64,000 nucleotides of DNA from a virus (Duplodnaviria > Heunggongvirae > Uroviricota > Caudoviricetes), in the IMG/VR virus record IMGVR_UViG_3300006217_000018, positions 25,725 to 89,724 of that record; one strand, given 5' to 3'. The notes under the pieces are model-generated. The model was given only the letters and a program-made list of their open reading frames with translations. It did not search any database and was not told the origin of the DNA. How positions within the stretch are numbered: the first letter of the stretch is position 1; the number at the start of each line of letters is the position of its first letter. This document shows, piece after piece, positions 45,462 through 55,502 of this stretch. The position numbers and the translations under genes were made by a program.

Positions 45462-46368
45462 CGTAAAACCAACTTTTATCATGATGGTAGGTTTGCCAGG
45501 TTCTGGTAAATCTACCTATGCAGAAAAAATAGCAGAAGAATCGGATGCAATAATCTGTAGTTCGGATATGATTAGGAAAGAATTATATGGGGATGTAAAT
45601 TCTCAGGATAAAAATGTGGTTGTATTCTTAACATTACATAGGAGGATTAAGGAACATTTAAGTAATGGGCGTAATGTAATATATGATGCCACAAATATTA
45701 GTTCAAAAAGGCGTAGGGCATTCCTCAAAGAATTAGAGAGGATTGTATGCATTAAAAAATGTGTAATTATGGCCACTCCATTTGAAGAATGTCTTGAAAA
45801 GAATAAACAAAGAGACAGGGTGATTCCAGAAGATGTTATTTGTAAGATGTATAAAAACTGGAACACACCATATTGGTTTGAAGGGTGGAATGAGATTAAA
45901 ATTGTATTTAACAAAAGACAAGAATGGAGGAATATTGAAGATTGGGTTGAAAAATATTCAAATTATGACCAGAATAATCCACATCATTCAATGGCTCTTG
46001 GGGAACATTGTAAAGCAGTTGAGAGCAAAATCGGAAGCGATAAGGAACTAAAATATGCTGCCCTTTTACATGACTGTGGAAAACCATTTACAAAATCATA
46101 TTTGAATTGTAAAGGAGAAGAAACAGAAATAGCGCATTATTATCAACATCATTGTGTGGGAGCGTATGAAAGCCTGTTCTATTCTTATCCAGAAAATATT
46201 GATAGGCTTTATGTTTCAACTCTGGTTAATTTGCATATGTTCCCATATTTTTGGGAAAATGATAAGAAATACGGTGTAAAGACAATGAGTAAATGGATGC
46301 ATATTTGGGGAGTTAAGCTGTGGTCGGATGTAATGCTGATGCATTATGCTGATAAAATGTCGAATTAA
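45454..46368 (+). CDS. polynucleotide kinase (P-loop) fused to HD-domain phosphohydrolase; RNA end-healing enzyme
   Basis: MMVGLPGSGKST Walker A as in T4 Pnk (GCPGSGKST); C-terminal H...LLHDCGK HD motif. Confidence 0.6.
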   Translation: MNDVKPTFIMMVGLPGSGKSTYAEKIAEESDAIICSSDMIRKELYGDVNSQDKNVVVFLTLHRRIKEHLSNGRNVIYDATNISSKRRRAFLKELERIVCIKKCVIMATPFEECLEKNKQRDRVIPEDVICKMYKNWNTPYWFEGWNEIKIVFNKRQEWRNIEDWVEKYSNYDQNNPHHSMALGEHCKAVESKIGSDKELKYAALLHDCGKPFTKSYLNCKGEETEIAHYYQHHCVGAYESLFYSYPENIDRLYVSTLVNLHMFPYFWENDKKYGVKTMSKWMHIWGVKLWSDVMLMHYADKMSN

Positions 46369-46667
46369 CATAGTGGAAGTATAATACATTTTTTATTGAC
46401 GTGACAGATAAAAATAAAGTAAATTTCATTGTGGAAAGCGGGGATATTAAGTGAAATTCTTAGAAAAATTGTATTTTTGGATTTTTGGATCTGTATGTCT
46501 GATTTGTGTATTTATATGGAGTATTTGTTGGTTTAGTAAGGAGTTGTTCGTTGCAGTAATTGATAATATAAAAAATGTTGGAGATTGAAAGTGGACATGG
46601 TTAATAAACAGGTAAAAAAAGGAAGTATATAGCAGTGATTATATAGGGATAAAGGTTTAGTAAAAAG

Positions 46668-46871
46668 GTGGTTATAGTATATATGGCATGGTATGCATTA
46701 TGGAAATGGTATTTTCCGTGGAGTAAACGAGACTACCCAGATATAAACAGTTATTGTTCTTGTATAATTCACCCAGAAAAGAAAGTTTACTGGAGAATAA
46801 TTACAATTGATGAATATGCTGCTGGTTTTTATGATAAGTATGGGTATATGAAATATTATAGTCATAATTAA
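46668..46871 (+). CDS. small hypothetical protein
   Basis: 67 aa. Confidence 0.3.
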   Translation: MVIVYMAWYALWKWYFPWSKRDYPDINSYCSCIIHPEKKVYWRIITIDEYAAGFYDKYGYMKYYSHN

Positions 46872-47583
46872 GTAGAAGGTGGGATGGAAATGGATAAAAA
46901 AGTAAGTATGGATATTTTAGATGAATGTATTAGTTGGCTGCAAAATGCATCAGATGTTCAAATTGAAACAATGAGAGATATTTATAGAGAAGAAAAGAAA
47001 GTATTCATCCCAAAGGAAGAGGATTTAGAAATTTTATTGCCATCTCAAATGAAATAGAATTGATAAAGAGGAATATATGAATAAGATAATTGTCATTTAT
47101 TGTATTTTATTCGAAATAAGTATGTTTTTGATAATAATATATTCAGCACTATGCGAAGAAAAATAAGTGAGGTCAATGTGCCAGACCTTATTAAATTTGG
47201 CACTTTATTGTTATATATGTTCTATATAAGATCAATAGAAAGGAGGGAAATATGGCTGTAGCAATAACAATTATCTTGGTAGTTGCAATTATATGTGTAT
47301 CAATGTTGATTGGGGGATATGTTTGCTTGTTGGGACGATGGAATAAAAATGTTTTCAGGTTCTAAATATGATGAACGCATATCGCGACTAGAGAAAGAAA
47401 TGAAAGAGTTAAAGGAGGGAAAATGAATCCAGTACTTATATTTTTGATTTTTGCTGTAGCAGGTGTTTTATGGTTCTTATTGTCATTCGCATTCTTTCCG
47501 TTTGGGAAATTTGTACATAGGATATGGAAAGATGCGGTTGATGAAATGAATAAAGAAGAAAAAAATGAAAAGGAGAAAAAAGA

Positions 47584-48510
47584 ATGAAAAAAGGGTTTTT
47601 AGGTTCAGTTGTTTTAGGTATTTTGATTTTTGGAGGCATTATTTTATGGATTGTGTGCATGAAGCGAGTGCCAGCAGGATATGCAGGAGTACTTTACAAT
47701 ATGAACGGAGGAATTGAGAAAGACACGCTTGATAACGGATGGCATTTTGTCCCACCAACAAAGAAGCTTACAGTTTATTCTGTTGGAATTGAACAGTCAT
47801 ATTTAACATCTGAAGATAAAGGGGACTCACCTAAAGATGAAAGTTTCTCAACCCCTACAGCAGACGGTAAGTCATTAACAGTAGACCTTGAATTTTCTTA
47901 TATGTTTGACAGGAATAAGATTTCGGACACTTTTGTAAAATTTAAGGGACAAGATGGAAAGACCGTAAAGGACACATTTATTAAACCTAAAATGAAAGCC
48001 TGGACACAAGAAGTCACAGCAAAATATCCTGTAACAGATGTATTTGGAGATAAGAGGCAAGAACTCAACGAAGAACTTGATATATATCTTAAGGGGAAAT
48101 TTAAGCCATATGGGATTGTCATTGATACTGTAAATTTTACAAATATTGATACAGACAAAGAGACTAAGGCGGCCATCCAGAAGAAAGTAACTGCACAGCA
48201 GGAAAAGGAACTGGCTCAGATTGAAGCAAACACAGCGAAGATCAATGCAGAAAAGGACAAGCAGGTTGCTTTGATTGAAGCGGAAAAGAATAGGGAAACA
48301 GCCAAGATCAAAGCAGAACAGGCAAAGATTAAGGCACAGGGCGAAGCAGATGCTAAAAAGATTAGTGCGAATGCAGAGGCAAAAGCGAATAGAAAGATTG
48401 CAGAGTCGTTGACTCCAGAATTAATTCAAAAAATCAAGTATGAAAAATGGAACGGAAAAGTACCAAAAGTCGAAGGGACAGCGACTCCAATCATTAGCAT
48501 GGGAGAATAA
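47584..48510 (+). CDS. SPFH/band-7 (prohibitin/flotillin-like) membrane protein
   Basis: N-terminal TM helix then VPAGYAGVLYNMNGGIEKDTLDNGWHFVPP SPFH core; Ala/Lys/Glu coiled-coil C-terminus. Confidence 0.7.
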   Translation: MKKGFLGSVVLGILIFGGIILWIVCMKRVPAGYAGVLYNMNGGIEKDTLDNGWHFVPPTKKLTVYSVGIEQSYLTSEDKGDSPKDESFSTPTADGKSLTVDLEFSYMFDRNKISDTFVKFKGQDGKTVKDTFIKPKMKAWTQEVTAKYPVTDVFGDKRQELNEELDIYLKGKFKPYGIVIDTVNFTNIDTDKETKAAIQKKVTAQQEKELAQIEANTAKINAEKDKQVALIEAEKNRETAKIKAEQAKIKAQGEADAKKISANAEAKANRKIAESLTPELIQKIKYEKWNGKVPKVEGTATPIISMGE

Positions 48511-48571
48511 CTTATATTTATTATACACTGCGTAGGCTGATATCTGCGCAGTGTATGGAAAGGAAAGAATT

Positions 48572-49309
48572 ATGGGATTATTTAACAAATTATTTGATAA
48601 AACAGTGAAAAACAAAAATGGTGAAGATAATAGTGCCAGTAAAAGCGGCGTTGATTTGAAAAAAGCAGATCAGGAATTAGAAAAAGTATTCGTAAGTTTA
48701 TCAAAGCCTGGAAAAGTTGATCTGTTAAAACATACTGCAAAAGTAGCGTTTGCAATGGATTATTCTGGCTCTATGGATTGGTTATGTCAAAACGGGACAG
48801 TTCAGGATACTATTACAAGGCTTTTGCCAATTGCATTAAGGTTTGACGATGATGGTGAACTGGAAACTTGGATTTTTTCAGATGGAAAAGAAAAGTTAAA
48901 GGCAGTTAATCTTTATAATTATAAGAATTATGTGAAGGAAGTTATGTTAAAAGCAAAGATGCGTATGGGTGGTACAAATTATGCGCCAGCATTGAAGGAT
49001 ATTGCTAATTATTATAAAAAGTCTAGTAAGATTCCGGCATTTATTATTTTTGTTACGGATGGAGAAAATTTTGACAAAACTGATACGGACAAGATTATAA
49101 TAGAACTTTCAGAATATAATATGTTTATTCAGTTTGTAGGGATCGGGAATGAAAGATTTAGTTATCTCCGTTCATTGGATGATATGAAGGGAAGGAAACA
49201 CGATAACACAGGATTTATTTCAATTAAGGATATAAATGAGATGAATGATGAAGATTTATATACAGAACTTCTTAAGCAATATATAAACTGGCTCAACGGG
49301 AAGCAATAA
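48572..49309 (+). CDS. vWA domain protein (TerY/TerF-like)
   Basis: VAFAMDYSGSMD MIDAS motif; likely start at MGLFNKL (48572). Confidence 0.55.
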   Translation: MGLFNKLFDKTVKNKNGEDNSASKSGVDLKKADQELEKVFVSLSKPGKVDLLKHTAKVAFAMDYSGSMDWLCQNGTVQDTITRLLPIALRFDDDGELETWIFSDGKEKLKAVNLYNYKNYVKEVMLKAKMRMGGTNYAPALKDIANYYKKSSKIPAFIIFVTDGENFDKTDTDKIIIELSEYNMFIQFVGIGNERFSYLRSLDDMKGRKHDNTGFISIKDINEMNDEDLYTELLKQYINWLNGKQ

Positions 49310-49336
49310 AATATTTTGTAAGGAGAACAGATAGCG

Positions 49337-49756
49337 ATGATTTACACGAGTTATTTTGCAAAATTAAAAGAGTTAGAAAAAAATGGTATTGTACCAATTT
49401 CAATCTGTGCCAAAGCTCCTGATTGGTATAAAGGATTACAGTATAAGAAACTGGCTCCGAAATACTGGTTCTTTATGGAGTGGAAGAAAACCCATGACAA
49501 TGAATATTATATAAAGCATTACAAAGCAGAGGTTCTGGAATATTTGAACGTTATTAAGACACTGACAGAACTGCAAATGCTACTTCCGTATGAAATTAAA
49601 GAAAGAATGCAGGATGAGTTTTATAATAGTGCAGAACATCATGTCGCCTTACTCTGTTATGAAAAGCCGTCTGATTTTTGCCACAGGCATTTAGTGTCTG
49701 AATGGCTGAACGAAAATGGATACAAATGCAAAGAATGGGGGACAGGAGAAGCCTGA
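49337..49756 (+). CDS. hypothetical protein
   Basis: 139 aa. Confidence 0.4.
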   Translation: MIYTSYFAKLKELEKNGIVPISICAKAPDWYKGLQYKKLAPKYWFFMEWKKTHDNEYYIKHYKAEVLEYLNVIKTLTELQMLLPYEIKERMQDEFYNSAEHHVALLCYEKPSDFCHRHLVSEWLNENGYKCKEWGTGEA

Positions 49757-49809
49757 AAACATATTTGTGGAAACTGTAACTCTGGTACATTGGACAGGAG
49801 GATACATAA

Positions 49810-50580
49810 TTGAAAATAAGAGGAGATTTTGTAACGAACAGCTCTAGCAGTAGCTTTATAATAGGCAAAAAAGATGATGAGTATGTGACGATAGAATCCG
49901 TATTTCAACGGGTAAAGAGACTGTACCTAGGGTATCTTTCTAACCGTGATAAACTTATAAAATATGCTTTAGGAAACCAAAATTTGGGCATTGCCTATGA
50001 TGAGACAAATCCTGAGTATAATTGCTTTATATTCACAAGAGACAATACTTGGGATGAAAAGGAGGCTTTAAACAGGAGTATTGAAAAATCTTTTGGGGTT
50101 TCCTTATGGGATGCCTTTGATAAAGATTATGGATGGCTGGAATGTAGCACTTATGAGGATTATGAGGAATACTGGTTGAAAAAGTTTGGAGATGACGAGT
50201 ACAAGGGACATGCCCCATTTACAATTGCAGATTTTATTGAGCAGAAAACTATTAAATGGCTGCATTTTAAGCCTATTGGGGGAAATGAACAGGAACATGA
50301 AATAGGAACTGAATCATATGTTTTCCAGTGGTACTTTGAGTTTTATGAAGAAGCGTTTGAGAACTCTTGCGACACATGTAAGAAATCAGAATGCTGGTGT
50401 GATAAAGAAGAATGTGAATTACAAAGAGATCTCATAAAACTGAAAAATCCTCCTGCAGATAAAGCCTGTCTATTTATGTTAGGACGTGTCTGTATTTATT
50501 CAGAATGTGGGTATATACCAAGTTATGTTGTAAATAGGCTTGTAAGTATTTCGGAATATTCGTGCAATCATATGGGATGA
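49810..50580 (+). CDS. DFVTNSSSSSF-family paralogue A (256 aa) with Cys-rich C-terminal region
   Basis: N-terminal MKIRGDFVTNSSSSSFII shared with two downstream paralogues; eight Cys in the last 70 aa. Confidence 0.45.
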   Translation: MKIRGDFVTNSSSSSFIIGKKDDEYVTIESVFQRVKRLYLGYLSNRDKLIKYALGNQNLGIAYDETNPEYNCFIFTRDNTWDEKEALNRSIEKSFGVSLWDAFDKDYGWLECSTYEDYEEYWLKKFGDDEYKGHAPFTIADFIEQKTIKWLHFKPIGGNEQEHEIGTESYVFQWYFEFYEEAFENSCDTCKKSECWCDKEECELQRDLIKLKNPPADKACLFMLGRVCIYSECGYIPSYVVNRLVSISEYSCNHMG

Positions 50581-50633
50581 TTGATGGCTTCTTAAAAATT
50601 ATGCACAACTAAATTAAGGATGGGGCTGAGAAA

Positions 50634-51710
50634 ATGATAAGAAAAATAGATAAGAAGAATAAATTTATATCTTTGTTTAATCCGAATACAGGATTTTACA
50701 TGAGAAGTGGAGTTATTGAAGATGGCAAAGACACAGGAAAAGATCCTTTTATGGCTTCATTTCCAGAATTATTAGATATCGGAATAATGGGAAGCTGCAG
50801 GCATGGGCAAAATGGGTTATGTATTAAAGCAGGGGTTCAGTGCTATCAGAACGGCTTGGAGACAAAATATCCGAATATGTCTTTCGAAAATTTTAAAAGA
50901 ATTGTGGATGAGTGCAAAGGGAAGACTTTTCAGTTTAGTTTAGGTGGGCGAGGCGATGTAGACCAACATGAGGATTTTGAGAAGATACTAAGATATTGCA
51001 GAGAAAATGGTATTGTGCCAAACTTTACATCATCTGGTCTTGGGTTTAATGAGAAAATTGTTTCACTTTGTAAGGAGTTTTGCGGAGCAGTGGCCATCAG
51101 CTGGTATCGCCAGGAACATACATATAAAGCAATTCAAATGCTACTGGACGCAGGAGGCAAAACGAATATTCATTATGTGTTGGGGAATAACTCGATTGAT
51201 GAGGCAATTGAACGATTAAAAAATAACGATTTTCCTAAAGGTATCAATGCAATTATATTTCTTTTGCATAAACCTGTAGGGTTAGGGCAGCAATCAAACG
51301 TATTGAAATATGACGATGATAGGCTGAAGGAGTTTTTTGATATTATTGATTCGGGGGAGTTTGATTTTAAGATTGGTTTTGATTCATGCACAGTTCCGGC
51401 ACTTATCAACTTTACACACAATATCAATGAGGATAGTTTTGATACTTGTGAGGGCGGCAGATGGAGCATGTATATTACATCCGATATGAAAGCATTACCT
51501 TGTAGTTTTGATAACCAGGAAATGAAATGGGCTTATGACATATCTAATGATACTATTCAAAATGCATGGGATAGTGAACAGTTTGATGACTTTAGAAACC
51601 ATTTTAGAAAATCATGTCCTGGATGCACAAGGCAGGCAGAGTGTCGTGGTGGCTGTCCTATTAGGAGAGAGATTGTTTTATGTAATAGTGATAAAAAAGA
51701 ATTATTGTAA
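50634..51710 (+). CDS. radical-SAM/SPASM-like protein with non-canonical N-terminal Cys triad
   Basis: C-terminal CPGCTRQAECRGGCPIRRE is a SPASM/twitch-type auxiliary cluster motif; TIM-barrel-like FQFSLGGRGDVDQ...FTSSG; N-terminal Cys pattern Cx7Cx6C instead of CxxxCxxC. Confidence 0.45.
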   Translation: MIRKIDKKNKFISLFNPNTGFYMRSGVIEDGKDTGKDPFMASFPELLDIGIMGSCRHGQNGLCIKAGVQCYQNGLETKYPNMSFENFKRIVDECKGKTFQFSLGGRGDVDQHEDFEKILRYCRENGIVPNFTSSGLGFNEKIVSLCKEFCGAVAISWYRQEHTYKAIQMLLDAGGKTNIHYVLGNNSIDEAIERLKNNDFPKGINAIIFLLHKPVGLGQQSNVLKYDDDRLKEFFDIIDSGEFDFKIGFDSCTVPALINFTHNINEDSFDTCEGGRWSMYITSDMKALPCSFDNQEMKWAYDISNDTIQNAWDSEQFDDFRNHFRKSCPGCTRQAECRGGCPIRREIVLCNSDKKELL

Positions 51711-51735
51711 AAGAATTGGAAATGGCGGTGTTAAA

Positions 51736-52161
51736 ATGAAAGTTAGACAAGATTTTGTAACAAACAGTTCTTCATCCAGTTTCTTAATTTGTAAGAAAAA
51801 TTTGAGCGAAGAACAAATAGAAGCAATAAGAGAAAACCGAGAGATGGGGGAGCGTCTTGGGCTGTCTTGGGTTGATGATTCATGGCAGATAGATGAAAAT
51901 GATACATTTATCTCCGGTTATACATCAATGGATAATTATAGTATTGGTGAGCTTTTTAATATCATTGGAGTAAATGCTTCTGCTATAACATGGGGTGAAT
52001 ATCCATTCAACATAGGAAGTATTATTGATGATAGTGAAGAACCAATACAGAACAACAAGAATTGGCAAAAAATATTGGAAGATATAAAAAATGGTGTTCC
52101 AAATTGTAACAATGAAGATGATGAGTTAGATAAACTTATTGAAGGGATTGGAGATGATTAA
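51736..52161 (+). CDS. DFVTNSSSSSF-family paralogue B (about 141 aa)
   Basis: MKVRQDFVTNSSSSSFLI at an internal Met of track ORF 51535-52161. Confidence 0.45.
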   Translation: MKVRQDFVTNSSSSSFLICKKNLSEEQIEAIRENREMGERLGLSWVDDSWQIDENDTFISGYTSMDNYSIGELFNIIGVNASAITWGEYPFNIGSIIDDSEEPIQNNKNWQKILEDIKNGVPNCNNEDDELDKLIEGIGDD

Positions 52162-52305
52162 ATGAAAGTGAGAAATGACTTTGTAACAAATTCGAGCAGT
52201 AGCAGCTTTATTATTGCAAGGCATCAAGATTGCAGTTATGAAGAAGTAAAAAATAGTGTCGAAAGACAAAAGGAAAAGATAAAAATCTTCTTGACAGAGA
52301 TATAA
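52162..52305 (+). CDS. DFVTNSSSSSF-family paralogue C (47 aa, possibly truncated)
   Basis: MKVRNDFVTNSSSSSFII...; short, so absent from the supplied track. Confidence 0.35.
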   Translation: MKVRNDFVTNSSSSSFIIARHQDCSYEEVKNSVERQKEKIKIFLTEI

Positions 52306-52556
52306 GACATATTTATACATACAATGAAGAAATCATATCAGAATATATTTCTGGAGATAAGGAGAAGGCAGTTGAGTTAGCGATTGAAGAAATTATAGAT
52401 TGCTTATGTACGTTTAAAGGTAAAACAAATATGGATTTAGGAGAATAGCCTATAACTGCAGAAGAAATGGGGACAGAAAATGGGGAATTTTTTCTGGTGT
52501 CATGTATGAATTTGGCATTTGTTTACAAGTGAGTACCTTAAAATAGGATAATTTTT

Positions 52557-53409
52557 TTGCAAATAAATATAAATAAAAAACATATAGAAAGGGGAAATAC
52601 GTTAAATTTGATAGATATATACAAAATAATGGATGAAAGCGAGGTGCCTAATAATACGGATTTCTGTGATAATATATTGATATGTGGAGATTGTCTAAAT
52701 GTCATGGGTTATATCCCAGACAAATCTATAGATTGTATTATTACCGATCTTCCGTATGGTTAGCACTACACGATGTAAGTGGGATATAGTTATTCCATTT
52801 GATTCCTTATGGAAACAATATAACAAGATTATCAAAGACAATGGAGCAATAGTATTATTTGGGACAGAACCATTTTCAAGCCATTTGAGATTAAGCAATC
52901 TGAAAAATTACAAATACGATTGGATATGGGACAAAGTAAAAGGAACAGGATTTCTCAATGCTAAAAAACAGCCAATGAGGAATCATGAGTTAATTAGTGT
53001 TTTTTATAAAAGGCAATGTAGATATAATCCCCAAAAAACATATGGGCATAAGTTGAAAAAATCTTATCGTAGTAAAAAGTTACAAACTGAGGTATATAAT
53101 GAAATGAAAAATGATTGTATGTATGAGTCTACAGAACGATACCCCAGGAGTATTCAAGTGTTTTCCGCTGATACTCAAAACTCATCATTGCATCCCACCC
53201 AGAAGCCAGTGTCATTGATTGAATATTTGATTAAAACCTATACAAATGAGAATGAAATAATACTTGATTCATGTGCTGGTAGCATGACGACTGCTATAGC
53301 TGCAATTAATACAAATAGGAAAGCAATTTGCATAGAGAAGGATAAAGATTTATTTAATATTGGGAAGAAAAGGATTATGGATTATATGAAGAAAAAGAAT
53401 GAGAATTAA
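52557..53409 (+). pseudogene. beta-class N6-adenine/N4-cytosine DNA methyltransferase interrupted by a +1 frameshift after the DPPY-type motif
   Basis: ORF 52557-52763 ends IITDLPYG-TAG (motif IV); ORF 52756-53409 in the +1 frame continues MTase-like and ends with motif I ILDSCAGSMTTAIAA. Confidence 0.6.
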
Positions 53410-53601
53410 AAGATAATTCGCTTGGAGGTATAACATGACAAATTTGAATAAAACAAGGGAAGAAATTATCTATGAGTTGTTAATATCTTTAAATCAAGGG
53501 GATTGTGGGTATTTATGGGTTGGTAAAGAAGCAACTCCAAAAATAGATTTAGCAATAGCTCAGTATGATGCGCTAGTAAAAAGAGGGGTAATAAAGGAAG
53601 T

Positions 53602-53991
53602 ATGAATTATAAAATTTTAATACTTATTGGGATGGTATTTTGTCATATAGTAGATGACTATTATTTGCAAGGATTTCTGGCATCTGCAAAACAAAAAGAA
53701 TGGTGGGTAAAAAATTATCCAGATTCTTTATATAGATATGACTATATAGCTGCTTTATTTATGCATAGCTTTAGTTGGACAACTAGTATTTTTGTTCTGC
53801 CAGCATTGTATAATTTATTTCTTAACAGAGAATCATCTTTAATGATTTTTGTTGGAGTTTTTATTTCTAACATATTAATTCATATGTTTGTGGATAATTT
53901 AAAGGCTAACAAAAAGAAAATAAATTTGTTACAAGATCAGATTATACATATTATTCAAGTTATAATTACATGGATATTGTTTGTATTTTAA
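53602..53991 (+). CDS. integral membrane protein (about 4 TM)
   Basis: hydrophobic 129-aa ORF. Confidence 0.4.
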   Translation: MNYKILILIGMVFCHIVDDYYLQGFLASAKQKEWWVKNYPDSLYRYDYIAALFMHSFSWTTSIFVLPALYNLFLNRESSLMIFVGVFISNILIHMFVDNLKANKKKINLLQDQIIHIIQVIITWILFVF

Positions 53992-54080
53992 TATTAAATC
54001 AAAACTAGATGATTTATAGGGAGACGTCCCAATCAAATAAAATAATAGAAAGGATTACATAAAGTAACCGGTTATTATGC

Positions 54081-55127
54081 GTGTACACGCCTTATGGAAT
54101 GATAAGGATGGGAAATAAACGCAAAATAATCGGGGGGGGGTATAATTATTCTGATAATTTACCTTCTTCCGAAAAAGAAACAGAAAAAAATGATACCTAT
54201 ACAAATGAAGACTTAAAAATAATGCAAGGTTGGAGTTTGGATAGGAAGATACAGGTATCACAGGCAAAAGTTTTAGAATGGTATAAGAAATGGGAAGGGC
54301 AGATATATGTCTCGTATTCTGGAGGCAAGGACAGCACTGTTTTGCTTCATTTAGTAAGAAGAGTACTCCCAGATGCAGAAGCTGTTTTTGTAGATACAGG
54401 GCTTGAATATCCGGAATTAAGGGAACATGTAAAAACAGTTGATAATGTCACTTGGTTAAAACCTAAAATGAATTTTAAAGAAGTAATAAAGAAATATGGG
54501 TATCCACTTATATCAAAAGAAGTATCTCAACAAATTTATGAAATAAAGCACACAAAATCAGATTATCTTAGAAATAAAAGATTATATGGAGATGAAAAAA
54601 GAAAATGCGGAAAGTTACCAAATAAATATAAATATTTATTAGAAGCCCCATTTGAGGTGTCCAGTTCATGCTGTGAAGTAATGAAAAAATCTCCATTGTT
54701 TTCATATGAAAGGAAAAGCGGCTGTCATCCATATGTGGGAACTATGGCTGTAGAATCAAGATTACGCAAGCAAAGTTGGATAAAATATGGATGTAATGCA
54801 TTTGATTTAACACATCCCAAATCAAGACCGCTATCTTTTTGGAATGAACAAGATGTTTTAGAATACATACTTCGTTATAATTTATCTATTCCGCCTGTGT
54901 ATGGAGATATTAAGAAAGATAATAACGGGAATTTGTTTACTACCAAATGTCAAAGGACAGGATGTGTTTTCTGTGCATATGGGTGTCATTTAGAGAAAGA
55001 GCCAAATAGATTTCAAAGACTGAAAGAAACCCATCCGAAATTGTGGGAATATTGTATGAAACCTTGGGATGAGGGTGGATTGGGGATGAGGGAAGTTCTT
55101 GAGTATATAGGGGTTAATATTGAATAA
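54081..55127 (+). CDS. PAPS-reductase-family PP-loop ATPase (phage-type)
   Basis: VSYSGGKDSTVLLHLV PP-loop; Cys clusters SSCCEV and CVFCAYGC. Confidence 0.65.
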   Translation: MYTPYGMIRMGNKRKIIGGGYNYSDNLPSSEKETEKNDTYTNEDLKIMQGWSLDRKIQVSQAKVLEWYKKWEGQIYVSYSGGKDSTVLLHLVRRVLPDAEAVFVDTGLEYPELREHVKTVDNVTWLKPKMNFKEVIKKYGYPLISKEVSQQIYEIKHTKSDYLRNKRLYGDEKRKCGKLPNKYKYLLEAPFEVSSSCCEVMKKSPLFSYERKSGCHPYVGTMAVESRLRKQSWIKYGCNAFDLTHPKSRPLSFWNEQDVLEYILRYNLSIPPVYGDIKKDNNGNLFTTKCQRTGCVFCAYGCHLEKEPNRFQRLKETHPKLWEYCMKPWDEGGLGMREVLEYIGVNIE

Positions 55128-55229
55128 TTTAGAATAAATAGAGGAGGGATGAGGTTTGGTATACCAGTTAAATGCGCATTTACTCCTAAATCATATATGG
55201 GAAATGAATATATAAAATCGCCGTAAACT

Positions 55230-55502
55230 ATGTTGGTGGAAAATACAAGTTATTGTCTCAAATTATGCCGCTATAATGAGAATAATCAATGGAATGAGAA
55301 AAATGAACAGGAACTTTTAAAATTATTAGATTTTCTTAATACTAAGAGGGTTAAATTTGCATTAAGTAATAATTTAAAGTATTATAACCCAATATTAGAG
55401 CAATGGAAGGAGAAATACCATGTTTATTATTTGAATGGAAATTATGGAAATTGTAATTACCAGAAGAAAGACAAAAGCAATGATATAGAAGTTTGGATTT
55501 AG
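55230..55502 (+). pseudogene. probable C-terminal fragment of a Dam-like methyltransferase
   Basis: ...KRVKFALSNN...HVYYLNGNYGNCNY...IEVWI resembles the Dam C-terminus; no N-terminal catalytic part adjacent. Confidence 0.3.

Noticed and set aside
50634-51710. Calling 50634-51710 a canonical radical-SAM enzyme
   Set aside because: The N-terminal Cys spacing is Cx7Cx6C rather than CxxxCxxC. Only the SPASM-like C-terminal motif and the general barrel-like pattern are visible, so it is labelled rSAM/SPASM-like with reduced confidence.
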